Source: Promethearchaeota archaeon (lineage in GTDB: Archaea > Asgardarchaeota > Lokiarchaeia > Sigyniarchaeales > SOKP01). Taken from it: a stretch of DNA of 51,868 nt. The notes beneath the pieces were generated by a model. That model had not been told where the DNA came from. It saw nothing but the letters and a program-made list of their open reading frames with translations, and made no database searches. The position numbers and the translations under genes were made by a program. Within the stretch, counting starts at the first letter, position 1. Each line of letters opens with the position of its first letter. Location: the NCBI GenBank assembly GCA_019058015.1, contig JAHLWH010000122.1, positions 1-51,868 of the forward strand, in the 5' to 3' direction. This document shows, in pieces, positions 38,455-48,595 of the stretch.

Positions 38455-40485
38455 TTACTCTATATATTCAATTTCTCCTTTTTGATGGATATCTTTCGAT
38501 GAGCTTCCAACGAGAATATTAAAAGATCCATTCTCTGCTTTCCAACAGGAAGTTTTTTCATCAAAAAAAGAGAGATCTTTCTTTTCTAGTTCAAATACGA
38601 TGGTCTTTTTTTCACCAGAATCCAACTGAACTTTCTTAAAACCTTTTAATTCTTTTAATGGTCTTTCTACACTGCACTCAACATCTTGAACATATAATTG
38701 GACAACCTCTGCTCCAGCGCGATCACCGGAGTTTGTGATATCAACTGACACGGTAAATTTATCATCTCCGGATATTGTTTTCCTGTCGATTTTAAGATTA
38801 TCATATGAGAAAGTCGTATAGGATAAACCATGACCAAAAGGAAAGAGAGGTTCAATATTCTTCGTATCAAAATGGCGATATCCAACAAAAATACCTTCAT
38901 CATAATAAACTTTTTCATTACCGGGATAAGTTCTTGTTGACACATGCGCCGGCGAATCTGATAATTTCTTAGGAAATGTTATTGGTAATTTTCCTGATGG
39001 GTTTACATCTCCAAAAAGAATATCTGCAATAGCGTTTCCTGCTTCCTGTCCAGCATACCAGGCCTCAATAACTGCAGGTATATTTTCTATCCAACCAACC
39101 ATATTAATAGGGCTGCCACTAATAAGAATGACTATTGTTTTAGGATTTTCTTGCACAGTTTTTTTAATCAATTCAATTTGTTCTGAAGGAAGATCAAATG
39201 AATCCCTATCAGAATCTTCGCTATCCATCCCTTTCTCATGATTAAGTCCGGCAAATATAATAACTAAATCCGCTTCTGATGGTGAATTTACAATCTGAAC
39301 CTTATTTCTGCATTTATTTTTCAGTCCTTTAAGAGGTGTAATTTCATAAGGAGGTCGAACCTGTGAGCTGCCACCACCCTCTCCCATTTCTTTATCTGCA
39401 TTTGGTCCGATTACTTTAATTTTTTTAAATGTATCAATATTTAAAGGAAGTAGATTATCTTCATTTTTTAGAAGGACTATTCCTTCTTCAGCTATCTTGC
39501 GAGAGAGAGCTTGATGTTTGGGAGTATTTCTACTGCCAGGTGGGATTGCATTCTCATTATCAAAAAGACCGGTAAGAAACATTATCCTTAGTAATCTTTT
39601 TATGTTCTCATTAAGTGTTTCTTCGGTATATTTTCCTTCTAATAAAGCTTGATTTAATTTTTTTTTTTTATATTTTATTGGCATCGGCATCTCGAGAGTT
39701 AATCCGGCGTTTATGCAGCTTTCAGTGCTTGTCGTTTTAGCTGTTGCGATCCAATCTGAAACAACGAAACCTTTAAAACCCCATTCTTCCATTAACCTTT
39801 CTTTTATTAAATTTTTATGTTCACACCCGTAAATACCATTAACCTTGTTATAACAGCCCATAAAGGACCATGCATCAGCTTCGCGAACCGTCGCCTCAAA
39901 AGCAGGAAGATAGATCTCTTGAAGAGCTCTTTCACTTACTTCAGAACTGACTGTGAATCTATTTATCTCTTGATTATTGCATATATAATGCTTCACACAC
40001 GCCGCAATTTTCTGACTCTGAACACCTCGTACAACGGGAACTGCCATTTTTTTATTAAGATAGGGATCTTCAGTTTGATATTCAAAATTTCTTCCACAGA
40101 GTGGAGTTCTATGAATATTTACGCCAGGTCCGAGAATCATATGATATTCAATATCTCTTACTTCTTGAGCTAAAGCCACTCCGAATTGCTCAGATAACTC
40201 AGGGTTCCAGGTCGCAGTCCTACAAATGGCTGTAGGGAAATAGGTGCATTCTGCATTATTTGAACTGTGAGGTCCAATACCATGAGGTCCATCTGTCATT
40301 TTGAAAGATTTTATTCCAAGTCTCTTTATTGGCTTGGTATAAAAACTTCTTTTCCCTGAGCAGAGAGTGAATTTTTCTTTCAGTGTCAATCTTCTTAAAA
40401 GATCTTCTACTCTTTTTTCTAGATCCAGATTACTGTCCATAAAAGGCAGTGTTTTTATCTCATTATTAGAAAGTTTCTTGTTCAT
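38455..40485 (-). CDS. GH3 beta-glucosidase (tandem paralog)
   Basis: Same motifs: GRNFEY, KHY, SDW. Confidence 0.93.
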   Translation of the reverse strand: MNKKLSNNEIKTLPFMDSNLDLEKRVEDLLRRLTLKEKFTLCSGKRSFYTKPIKRLGIKSFKMTDGPHGIGPHSSNNAECTYFPTAICRTATWNPELSEQFGVALAQEVRDIEYHMILGPGVNIHRTPLCGRNFEYQTEDPYLNKKMAVPVVRGVQSQKIAACVKHYICNNQEINRFTVSSEVSERALQEIYLPAFEATVREADAWSFMGCYNKVNGIYGCEHKNLIKERLMEEWGFKGFVVSDWIATAKTTSTESCINAGLTLEMPMPIKYKKKKLNQALLEGKYTEETLNENIKRLLRIMFLTGLFDNENAIPPGSRNTPKHQALSRKIAEEGIVLLKNEDNLLPLNIDTFKKIKVIGPNADKEMGEGGGSSQVRPPYEITPLKGLKNKCRNKVQIVNSPSEADLVIIFAGLNHEKGMDSEDSDRDSFDLPSEQIELIKKTVQENPKTIVILISGSPINMVGWIENIPAVIEAWYAGQEAGNAIADILFGDVNPSGKLPITFPKKLSDSPAHVSTRTYPGNEKVYYDEGIFVGYRHFDTKNIEPLFPFGHGLSYTTFSYDNLKIDRKTISGDDKFTVSVDITNSGDRAGAEVVQLYVQDVECSVERPLKELKGFKKVQLDSGEKKTIVFELEKKDLSFFDEKTSCWKAENGSFNILVGSSSKDIHQKGEIEYIE

Positions 40486-40687
40486 GTAATTATCCTCAAA
40501 TCTCTAATATATATTAAATCAATAATATAGTTAATTCAATAAAACAAATAAATATTCTTAAATTGCATCTTTATCTTCAGTTTACCTGGTTTGTCATCAA
40601 ATTGGAAAAAAGAGATCTTAACAAAACCCAGAGATTATAGAAATTTCTGAGAAATTTGCAAATTTTATTTGATATTAATTATTTTAG

Positions 40688-42214
40688 TTGTATAATAAAA
40701 TAATAATGACTCCGTTTTCAAAAATGACTGTAAATAATATTGAAGATACATCCAAAGAACATTTTTTGCATTCAATTTTAAATCCGAAAAGTTTATGTTT
40801 TTTTGGTGCGAATAATAATTTACTTAAGACGATGGGCTCATTTCAATTATGGAATATTATTGCTGAAGGATTTAAGGGAAATATTTATCCGATTCATCTG
40901 AGAGAAGAGAAAGTTTTAGGATTTAAAGCATATAAATCAGTATTAGACTTACCAGAGATTCCAGATTTGGCAATAATTGTAATACCTACGAGGTATATTC
41001 CTAAAGTAATGGAAGAATGTGGTCAAAAAGGCATAAAGCGATTAATAATAACATCCGGAGGTTTTCGAGAAATTGGTCCCGAGGGGAAGAGGTTTTCTCA
41101 ACAAATAGATGAAATAGCTAGAAAATATAATATGAGGTTCATTGGTCCTAATTGTTTAGGAGTCTATAATGGTTGGTATCAACCAGAAAATGATAAAAAC
41201 AAACTTAATACATTTTGGGTTTATAAATTACCAGAAAGAGGAATTATTTCAATAGCCAGTCAATCCGGTACTGTAGCATCTCATTTGTTCTGGTATGCTG
41301 AAGATATTGGGACTAAAATAGGTAAATCAATTTCTTTAGGGAATTCAAATAATATTGATATAGTGGATTGTTTAGAATATTTCAAAAGCGACCCTCATAC
41401 AGATGTGATAGGGTTATATATTGAAGAAATAAAGCGTGGTAAAGAGTTTATAAGTATAGCAAAAGAAATAACTCCCAAAAAGCCGATTGTTGCAATTTAT
41501 GCGGGTGGGACTGAAGCAGCGTTTAGAGCGATTGGCAGTCATACGGGATCAATTGCCGGTAACGATACTATTTATAAGACTGTTTTCAATGAAACTGGAA
41601 TTATATCAACAACTTCGGTGACAAATTTCTTGCACTATTTAAGAGTGTTATCTCATGGTATCTTTCCGAAAGGGAATAAAATTGGGATTATCTCAGATTC
41701 TGGGGGTGCTAGTGCAATGATGGCAAAATCTACAGAAAAATATGGCTTACAAGTTCCTGAATTTTCGAAAAAATTACAATCTGAAATAAGCAAGGTTTTA
41801 AGTGATATCTCCTATCCAAATAATCCTGTTGATTTAACATTTAATTTAAATCAATATAATTTATACATCAAAGTTCCAAAATTACTGATGAAATCTGGAG
41901 AAATCGATGGGATTATGATTTACGGTGCATTTGGTGTTGATGAATTTATTGAAGTTATGGAAAAAGCGGGATTTAACACGGATTTTTTTTCGGAATTGGG
42001 AACTTCCATGTCAGGAGTTTATTTAAAACCAATTCGGAAATTATCTCGTAAATATTCTATTCCTATATTTTATGTGGGACCTCAAGGTTATTCCGACCCT
42101 TGGATAAGAGAATTTATTGCTTTAGATATGCCAATATTTGATTTATGGGATCTTCCTGCGAAGTGCATGAAAATTCTCTGTCAGTATTCTCAATATCGTA
42201 AAAAAATTGTGTAA
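40688..42214 (+). CDS. acdA: Acyl-CoA synthetase (ADP-forming) alpha subunit
   Basis: CoA-binding domain, GPNCLG, SQSG, SHTGS (phospho-His), SGG, NPVD. Exact start uncertain. Confidence 0.85.
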   Translation: MYNKIIMTPFSKMTVNNIEDTSKEHFLHSILNPKSLCFFGANNNLLKTMGSFQLWNIIAEGFKGNIYPIHLREEKVLGFKAYKSVLDLPEIPDLAIIVIPTRYIPKVMEECGQKGIKRLIITSGGFREIGPEGKRFSQQIDEIARKYNMRFIGPNCLGVYNGWYQPENDKNKLNTFWVYKLPERGIISIASQSGTVASHLFWYAEDIGTKIGKSISLGNSNNIDIVDCLEYFKSDPHTDVIGLYIEEIKRGKEFISIAKEITPKKPIVAIYAGGTEAAFRAIGSHTGSIAGNDTIYKTVFNETGIISTTSVTNFLHYLRVLSHGIFPKGNKIGIISDSGGASAMMAKSTEKYGLQVPEFSKKLQSEISKVLSDISYPNNPVDLTFNLNQYNLYIKVPKLLMKSGEIDGIMIYGAFGVDEFIEVMEKAGFNTDFFSELGTSMSGVYLKPIRKLSRKYSIPIFYVGPQGYSDPWIREFIALDMPIFDLWDLPAKCMKILCQYSQYRKKIV

Positions 42215-42328
42215 TTTAATTTTCCATTTTATTAACTCGGTTAACAATTGATTAAATCATTAAATTTTTAACTATAGTTGTGTAAAATTATTAATATTAA
42301 TTTTAATTATGAACAAATTTGATGAACA

Positions 42329-44122
42329 ATGAGTGATGAAATTAAAGAATATTGGATGGAAAATTGGCCAAAAGAAGTGCCAAGACACATAGATTATGAC
42401 GAGATTTCATTAGGAGAACTCCTACGAAGAACTTCTACTAAATATCCCGATTCAAATGCTATATATTTTGAAGGTTTCCGAATGACATACAAAGAACTTG
42501 ATGAGGCAGTTGATAAATTCGCAACTGGTTTATCTAAATTAAGTGTTAAGTAAGGTGATGTGGTGCTTATCGATTTGCCAAATATGCCCCAATTTGTGAT
42601 ATGTTTTTACGCAATTGCTCGTCTTGGTGCTATTGCAAATCCCATAATTCCATTAAACCGTTTTACAGAGATTTTACATCAAGCAAATGATTCTAAAGGA
42701 AAAATATTGATAATCCTTGATGTACTATTTGAAGAGCATCTACATGGTAAAGACTTAAGCAAAATGGAAAATTTAGAACACATAATTATCACTGGAATAG
42801 CTGAATATTTGCCAAAATTAAAGGCTAAACTAGGAACTATGTTGGGTAAGGTTCCAAGGATGAAAAATTGGCCTGAACAAATTGGAGATATTAAATGTCA
42901 TAAATTTCAGGACATTTTACAAAATGGTATTCCAATAAATGTACCCGCAGCAAAAATAAATCCAAAGGAAGATGTTGGTGTTTTAATTTATACTGGTGGA
43001 ACTACTGGTTTACCTAAAGGAGTGATGTTATCTCATTACAATCTTGTAGTAAATGAAAGGCAAGGACATATATGGGCGATAAAGCAATTACCTGAATTAG
43101 AAGATACAGCAGGTAAAGGCGGGATGGTTGTCGTTTTACCACTGGCACATCTTTTTGCTTTATCAGTTGCAATGAACTTAGGAATTTTTATGGGATACCA
43201 ATTAATTCTTTTCATAACGCCACCAAAGGAAAAGATGTCAAAGATATTAGATATTATCAAAAAAGAAAAAGCCACATTTATCCCGGGAGTCCCGACTCTT
43301 TGGAACGCAATAAATATAGACCCGAACTCTGGAAACTATAAAAATAAGCTCACCTCATTTATTGCATGTTTGAGTGGGGCAGCACCATTACCGGCTGAAG
43401 TTAAACATAAATTCGAAGAATTAACAGGTTCCTTAATAATTGAAGGATTCGGTATGAGTGAAACAAGCCCCATATTAACTGTTACCCCTTTTCCTCCGTT
43501 ATATCGTACGAATACAATCGGTTTTCCTGTAAGTGATACAATAATAAAGATTGTTGATGTTGAAACCGGCACTAAAATATTGCCTCAATGTCCTCATACT
43601 GAGCCATATTGTACAGAGAAGTGCGGAATTGAAGAATCAGAGAAATATATTGGTGAAATTTGTAGCAATGGTCCACAAGTTATGCTGGGTTATTATAACC
43701 GAGAAGAGACAAGTAAAAATGCACTTCGAAAAGATTCGAAGGATAGGGTGTGGTATTTCACTAGCGATATAGGTTGTATAGACGGAGAAGGACACCTACG
43801 CATTAAGGATCGAAAACGGGACATGATAAAATATAAAGGGCATGCTGTTTTCCCAAGAGAAGTAGAAGATATCCTTTATATGAATCCCGCCGTGAACGAA
43901 GTTGGAGTTGTTGGCGTTCCAGATCCTGATGTGGGAGAAAATATCAAGGCATTTATATCTTTAAAAGAAGAATATGTAGGCAAGGTTACAAAAGAAGATT
44001 TAATGGAATGGGCTAAGAAAAATATCTCAGCCTTTAAATATCCAAGAATCATAGAAGTTGTTGAAGAATTGCCAAAATCGGTAGTAGGTAAAATTCTCAG
44101 AAGAGAATTAAGAGAAGAATAG
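42329..44122 (+). pseudogene. fadD: Long-chain acyl-CoA synthetase interrupted by one in-frame TAA (42551-42553)
   Basis: The 74-aa and 520-aa ORFs are in the same frame and read LSVK*GDVV, where paralogs have LKKGDVV or FEKGDVV. Confidence 0.85.
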
Positions 44123-44399
44123 ATTTTTTTAACTTTTTATTTCTTTTTTTTATATTTTTAATAAGAATGTAAAATAAATAGTGTCTTTCAAAAAATTTTA
44201 TATTTTTCATATGTTTGAAGTCATTTATAATTAAGATTAAGTTAAGATAATACATAATGATTGGATAAAATTCATTAAAGAAAAACTCGAATTATTGATG
44301 TTCTTCAATAGTATTTAAACTTAAATTTTCGATAAAACATATCAATCTTGGAATTTTAACAAAAGATATTAATTTTAAATAAAGAGTTATGTTTTATTA

Positions 44400-44413
44400 T
44401 TAGATATAACTAA
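44400..44413. promoter_or_regulatory. Candidate DtxR/MntR-family operator upstream of feoA
   Basis: TTAGATATAACTAA is an imperfect palindrome of TTAG-N6-CTAA type, ~44 bp before feoA. The regulator is encoded in the same cluster. Confidence 0.5.
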
Positions 44414-44456
44414 AAATTTTAAATACTATAAAAATTAGATATTAAACGGGGATACG

Positions 44457-44696
44457 TTGAATAAGATGATTACATTAGATCTTTTACAAAATAATAAAGA
44501 ATTTATTGTTCGCAGGGTTCATGCTGGTTGGCGTGCAAAGACTAGATTGGCAAATCTCGGAATAGTCCCGGGTACAAAAGTGAAAAAATTAAGATCAGCG
44601 CCGTTATTTGGTCCCGTTCAAGTTAAAGTGAAAGGATCTGATTTAGTTATTGGAAGAGGATTAGCTAGAAAAATTTTAGGAGAACTGGTTACATAA
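44457..44696 (+). CDS. feoA: Ferrous iron transport protein A
   Basis: RLANLGIVPGT.V..SAPLFGPVQVKVKGS.LVIGRGLA.KI. Confidence 0.92.
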   Translation: MNKMITLDLLQNNKEFIVRRVHAGWRAKTRLANLGIVPGTKVKKLRSAPLFGPVQVKVKGSDLVIGRGLARKILGELVT

Positions 44697-44822
44697 ATTA
44701 ATGAGTATGATATTAAAAAATTACTCGATTTTTCCGTATCATATTTATAATATTAAATTAGTTATTTTCAAATTGATCTCCATTATATTGATAATTTGAA
44801 TATAAGTTAATTTTAGAGAAAA

Positions 44823-46817
44823 ATGACATATAAAGATCTAACAGAAAGAAAAACATTAAATATTGCATTAGCTGGAAATGCAAATATAGGAAAATCGGTA
44901 ATTTTTAATCAACTTACTGGAATGAACCAGTGTATTGGGAATTGGCCAGGAAAAACCGTAGCGAAATGTGAGGGTAGGGTAACATTTTTAAATTATGATT
45001 TTAATATTGTTGATCTCCCAGGCATTTATTCCTTATCTACGTATTCAATTGAGGAGATCATTTCAAGAGAATTTTTAATAGGTGAAAAAGTAGATTTAAT
45101 AATTAATGTAATAGATGGAACGAATTTAGAGAGGAATTTATTTTTTACGGTTCAGTTAATTGGTTTAAAGCTTCCAATGATCTTGGCAGTTAATCAATTA
45201 GATTTAGTTAGGAAAAGAAAAATAAAGATAAATCTTGATAAATTGGAAAAGATATTTAAAATCCCAGTTATACCTGTCATTGCAGTTCATGGGCGTGGAG
45301 TGCATGAGTTATTAGAAAAAACCATTGAAATGTTTGAAAATAAATTTCAAATACCTAATGAAGATTTCTTCAAGTTTGGTAAGGAAGTAGAAAATGGAAT
45401 TCAGAAGTTAATTGAGGAAATTAATAATTATACTGACGAGTTAAAAGATATCAAATATCCCAGCAGATTCCTTGCGATTAAGATTTTAGAAAAGGATGAT
45501 GAATTAATTGGAAAGATAAAGAAACTCAAACCAGAAATTGTAGATATTGCAGCAGAAATTAGAGAAGAGTTAGAAGAATTACATGGAGAGGATATTAATA
45601 CAATTATTTCAGCAGAAATATATAATCGAATCCATGAAATTATTAACCAGTCGGTTGTTTATGGAGAAAAGCAAAAAAAAGCAACTTGGGCAGATAAATT
45701 AGATCATTTAACAACCCACTCTATTTTTGGTTATGTTCTATTATTTATTATCCTATTTGGGGCATATTGGGTTGTATTTATAGTGGGTGATATTGTTGGG
45801 GGATGGCTAGATGAGATATATGAATTTTTCACGCCTATAGTCTTTAATATATTTGGTGACAATATTGGGACTAATATTTTTTGGAATGGAGCGATGGCGG
45901 GCTTGTTTGGTGGAGTTGGTGGAGTTTTAGTTTATGTTATTCCATTTTTTATAGTAATAGAAATTCTTCAAGATTCTGGTTATTTACCTAGAGCTGCTTT
46001 TATGATGGATAAATTTATGCATCAAGTTGGAGTTCATGGTAAAGCAATTATTCCATTAATTCTCGGCTTTGGCTGTAATGTACCGGGTTGCACTGCTTGT
46101 AAAATCATGGAAACAGAGAGAGAGAAAAAGATTACTGCTTTTTTAACGACATTAGTTCCTTGTGCAGCAGTTATGGCAGTAATAATGGGATTAGTAGCAA
46201 AGCATCTAGGATTTATATATGTTTTAATCTTATATGGTATTGATTTTGCAGTTATTATTTTATTTGGAAAACTTGCAACAAAATTTTCACATGAACCTCA
46301 AACAGAACTAATTATGGAAATGCATGAGTTTAGAAAACCAAATACAAGTGTAATTTTAAAACAAACTTGGTTTAGGAGTAAGGAATTTGTTTATAAAGCG
46401 ATGCCACTTATTATTATTATTGGAATGTTAATGGAAATTATGTTAATGTTTAATTTATTAGAACCAATTAATGTGCTTCTGCAGCCAATTACAGTACTAT
46501 GGTTAGGATTACCGGTAATAACTGGCATTTTTTTAATTTATGGAATATTAAGAAAAGAATTGACTTTAGTATTACTTGAGATTCTGGCAGTTGATATTTT
46601 AGGTATTGCATTAAGTGAATTTATGACACCGATTCAAATGTTTGTGTTTGCCTTGATAACAATGTTATATATCCCGTGTGCTGCAACAATTATTGTATTA
46701 AAGAATGAAACTGGTTGGAAATTTACATTAAAGGTTACTTTTATAGAAGTCGGATTTGCGCTTTTATTGGGAGGCATTGTTAATTGGGGATATATTTTTA
46801 TAACTGGAGGAGGTTAA
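44823..46817 (+). CDS. feoB: Ferrous iron transporter B
   Basis: GNANIGKS, GNWPGKTV, DLPGIYSL, DSGYLPRAAF, GFGCNVP, YIPC. Confidence 0.96.
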   Translation: MTYKDLTERKTLNIALAGNANIGKSVIFNQLTGMNQCIGNWPGKTVAKCEGRVTFLNYDFNIVDLPGIYSLSTYSIEEIISREFLIGEKVDLIINVIDGTNLERNLFFTVQLIGLKLPMILAVNQLDLVRKRKIKINLDKLEKIFKIPVIPVIAVHGRGVHELLEKTIEMFENKFQIPNEDFFKFGKEVENGIQKLIEEINNYTDELKDIKYPSRFLAIKILEKDDELIGKIKKLKPEIVDIAAEIREELEELHGEDINTIISAEIYNRIHEIINQSVVYGEKQKKATWADKLDHLTTHSIFGYVLLFIILFGAYWVVFIVGDIVGGWLDEIYEFFTPIVFNIFGDNIGTNIFWNGAMAGLFGGVGGVLVYVIPFFIVIEILQDSGYLPRAAFMMDKFMHQVGVHGKAIIPLILGFGCNVPGCTACKIMETEREKKITAFLTTLVPCAAVMAVIMGLVAKHLGFIYVLILYGIDFAVIILFGKLATKFSHEPQTELIMEMHEFRKPNTSVILKQTWFRSKEFVYKAMPLIIIIGMLMEIMLMFNLLEPINVLLQPITVLWLGLPVITGIFLIYGILRKELTLVLLEILAVDILGIALSEFMTPIQMFVFALITMLYIPCAATIIVLKNETGWKFTLKVTFIEVGFALLLGGIVNWGYIFITGGG

Positions 46818-46821
46818 TAAA

Positions 46822-47274
46822 TTGGAAACAGTTGATAACGAGTTAAAGAAAATCCCAGAGTCACAGCAAAAGTATCTCGACGCCATCTATTTGATTTCAA
46901 AAACTAAGAAGGCAGGGTGGGTTTCAAACAAAGAGATTAAAGAATTTTTAAAAGTCCAACCATCATCTGTAACAAATATGCTGCGCCAGTTAAAAGAAGG
47001 TGGATTTATATCATGGACACCAAGAAAAGGGATCAGACTTACTAAAGAGGGTAAAAAAGTCGCAACGAGATTAGAACAGATCGACTCTCTTTTAAGGGAT
47101 TTCTTTTCAATGATTTTAAAAATAAAAGATGAGGAATTAGTAACTTCTTTATCTTGCGCGGTTGAGCACCACATCTTTGAGCAGAAAGATGAAGTTTATC
47201 AAAATTTAAAAAAATTTGTAGGAAAGAGAGAAGATTTACTTAAATTTTTGGAAGAATTAGATGATTCGGAGTAG
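46822..47274 (+). CDS. DtxR/MntR-family metal-dependent repressor
   Basis: YL.AIY..SN.EI...L.V.PSSVT.ML..L...G..LT..G..C..EH; adjacent to feoAB. Confidence 0.88.
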   Translation: METVDNELKKIPESQQKYLDAIYLISKTKKAGWVSNKEIKEFLKVQPSSVTNMLRQLKEGGFISWTPRKGIRLTKEGKKVATRLEQIDSLLRDFFSMILKIKDEELVTSLSCAVEHHIFEQKDEVYQNLKKFVGKREDLLKFLEELDDSE

Positions 47275-47360
47275 TTCTTCTAAATTAGGATTTTATAAAA
47301 TTAAGATTTAAATATCATATTACAATTAAAATATTTATGAAATTATAAAGGAAGATCTAT

Positions 47361-48119
47361 ATGTCAGTAAATTTAGAAAAAAAGATTGAATATATAAAAG
47401 ATGCTTTTAAAAATTTTAAAAATTATATCGAGTTAGAAGATTTTAAGAATTATCTTTTTTTTACTCTAAATGCTCCAACAGCAATTATAATTACACCAAC
47501 TTTGAATTTTGGGAAAAGCCCGAATGTAACACTTGGGTATGATCCATTCAGAAAGATATATTTCACAAAACTCCAGACGAACTTATTTGTCAGTTCTGAT
47601 ATAATTATTTATTATGCAAGCAAACCACTAACAGATAAATTAATTCTGAAAAAAGATGACAAATTTTTTGATGATTATTTAACAGCAAATGAAAAAGAAA
47701 TAGCCTTTGCTGGGAGAGAAAAGTTTCTATTTATTAAGAAATCAATAGGAATAGAGAATGATAAAGAAAAAAGTAAAATTGAATTTAATATAAATAATTA
47801 CTTTAATGAAATGGAAAGTTTTATTAGCTCAACCTCCCTTCCTTTCATTTTTCTTTTAGAAGGAAGTGCCAAAGACGACCCAGATCTTTTATTTACATTT
47901 AATCTTAAACCTTCTCTAAATTTATCAAATACAATTATATATTATATCGATTGCTTTTTAGATAAAGAGCAAAAATTAAGAAGTATTAATTATATCAAAC
48001 AAGATGAGAATTTGGAATTAACATTTATGCAGGACTTTAAAGATATAGGGCACTCCGAGCTATTTAAATCTACATTTGATTTGTTGCTTAAAATCAAATC
48101 TTTTAATATTCCAAGTTAA
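47361..48119 (+). CDS. Hypothetical protein
   Basis: 252-aa ORF with a purine-rich leader and oligo-T downstream; no recognised motif. Confidence 0.7.
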   Translation: MSVNLEKKIEYIKDAFKNFKNYIELEDFKNYLFFTLNAPTAIIITPTLNFGKSPNVTLGYDPFRKIYFTKLQTNLFVSSDIIIYYASKPLTDKLILKKDDKFFDDYLTANEKEIAFAGREKFLFIKKSIGIENDKEKSKIEFNINNYFNEMESFISSTSLPFIFLLEGSAKDDPDLLFTFNLKPSLNLSNTIIYYIDCFLDKEQKLRSINYIKQDENLELTFMQDFKDIGHSELFKSTFDLLLKIKSFNIPS

Positions 48120-48359
48120 TTTTTATTTTCATCAATTTTTTTAAAAATTTTTTAATATATTAAAATGTTAATGCAGAAATGTTTATGTGTTATTTGTCAG
48201 ACATGATTTATTCTTTAAAATTAAGAATTTTATTATTAATTTCTCATCCTCTATTAACCAATTAAGGCATATCGACATAAATATTTATATTAAATAAGGA
48301 TTTTAATAATATTTATATCAATTTCATAACAATAGTCATTTAATTACAGAGGTATATGA

Positions 48360-48569
48360 ATGAGGATTATAACAATTAACCTTCCACACAGATATTTAGA
48401 TGCCATTCAATGTTTAATAGAGCTAGGTTATTATCCTTCTCGAAGTGAAGCTATAAGAATAGCTCTTCGTGAATTTTTAGGTAGCGAGATAGAAATGTTT
48501 TCGAAACTAGAGAAAGGATATTTTGAGAAGATTAAAAGATCTCAATTGAAATCGATGATTGCTCTCTAA
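48360..48569 (+). CDS. Ribbon-helix-helix (CopG/Arc/MetJ) protein
   Basis: IITINLP..YLDAI..L...G.YPSRSEAIR.ALREFL. Confidence 0.88.
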   Translation: MRIITINLPHRYLDAIQCLIELGYYPSRSEAIRIALREFLGSEIEMFSKLEKGYFEKIKRSQLKSMIAL

Positions 48570-48595
48570 ATATAAACCTTTTTTTTTCTCTTCTA

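Noticed and set aside
36604-38945. Two similar 92-aa ORFs (36604..36882 and 38667..38945)
   Set aside because: Alternative-frame shadows of the duplicated GH3 genes.
42329-44122. Selenocysteine or pyrrolysine recoding in the split acyl-CoA ligase
   Set aside because: The codon is TAA rather than TGA or TAG, and it aligns with Lys in paralogs.
873-47174. Numerous short antisense or nested ORFs in the track (e.g. 873..1280, 2325..2714, 6894..7334, 26604..26915, 39817..40173, 46887..47174)
   Set aside because: They overlap well-supported genes on the opposite strand or in another frame and carry no motifs.
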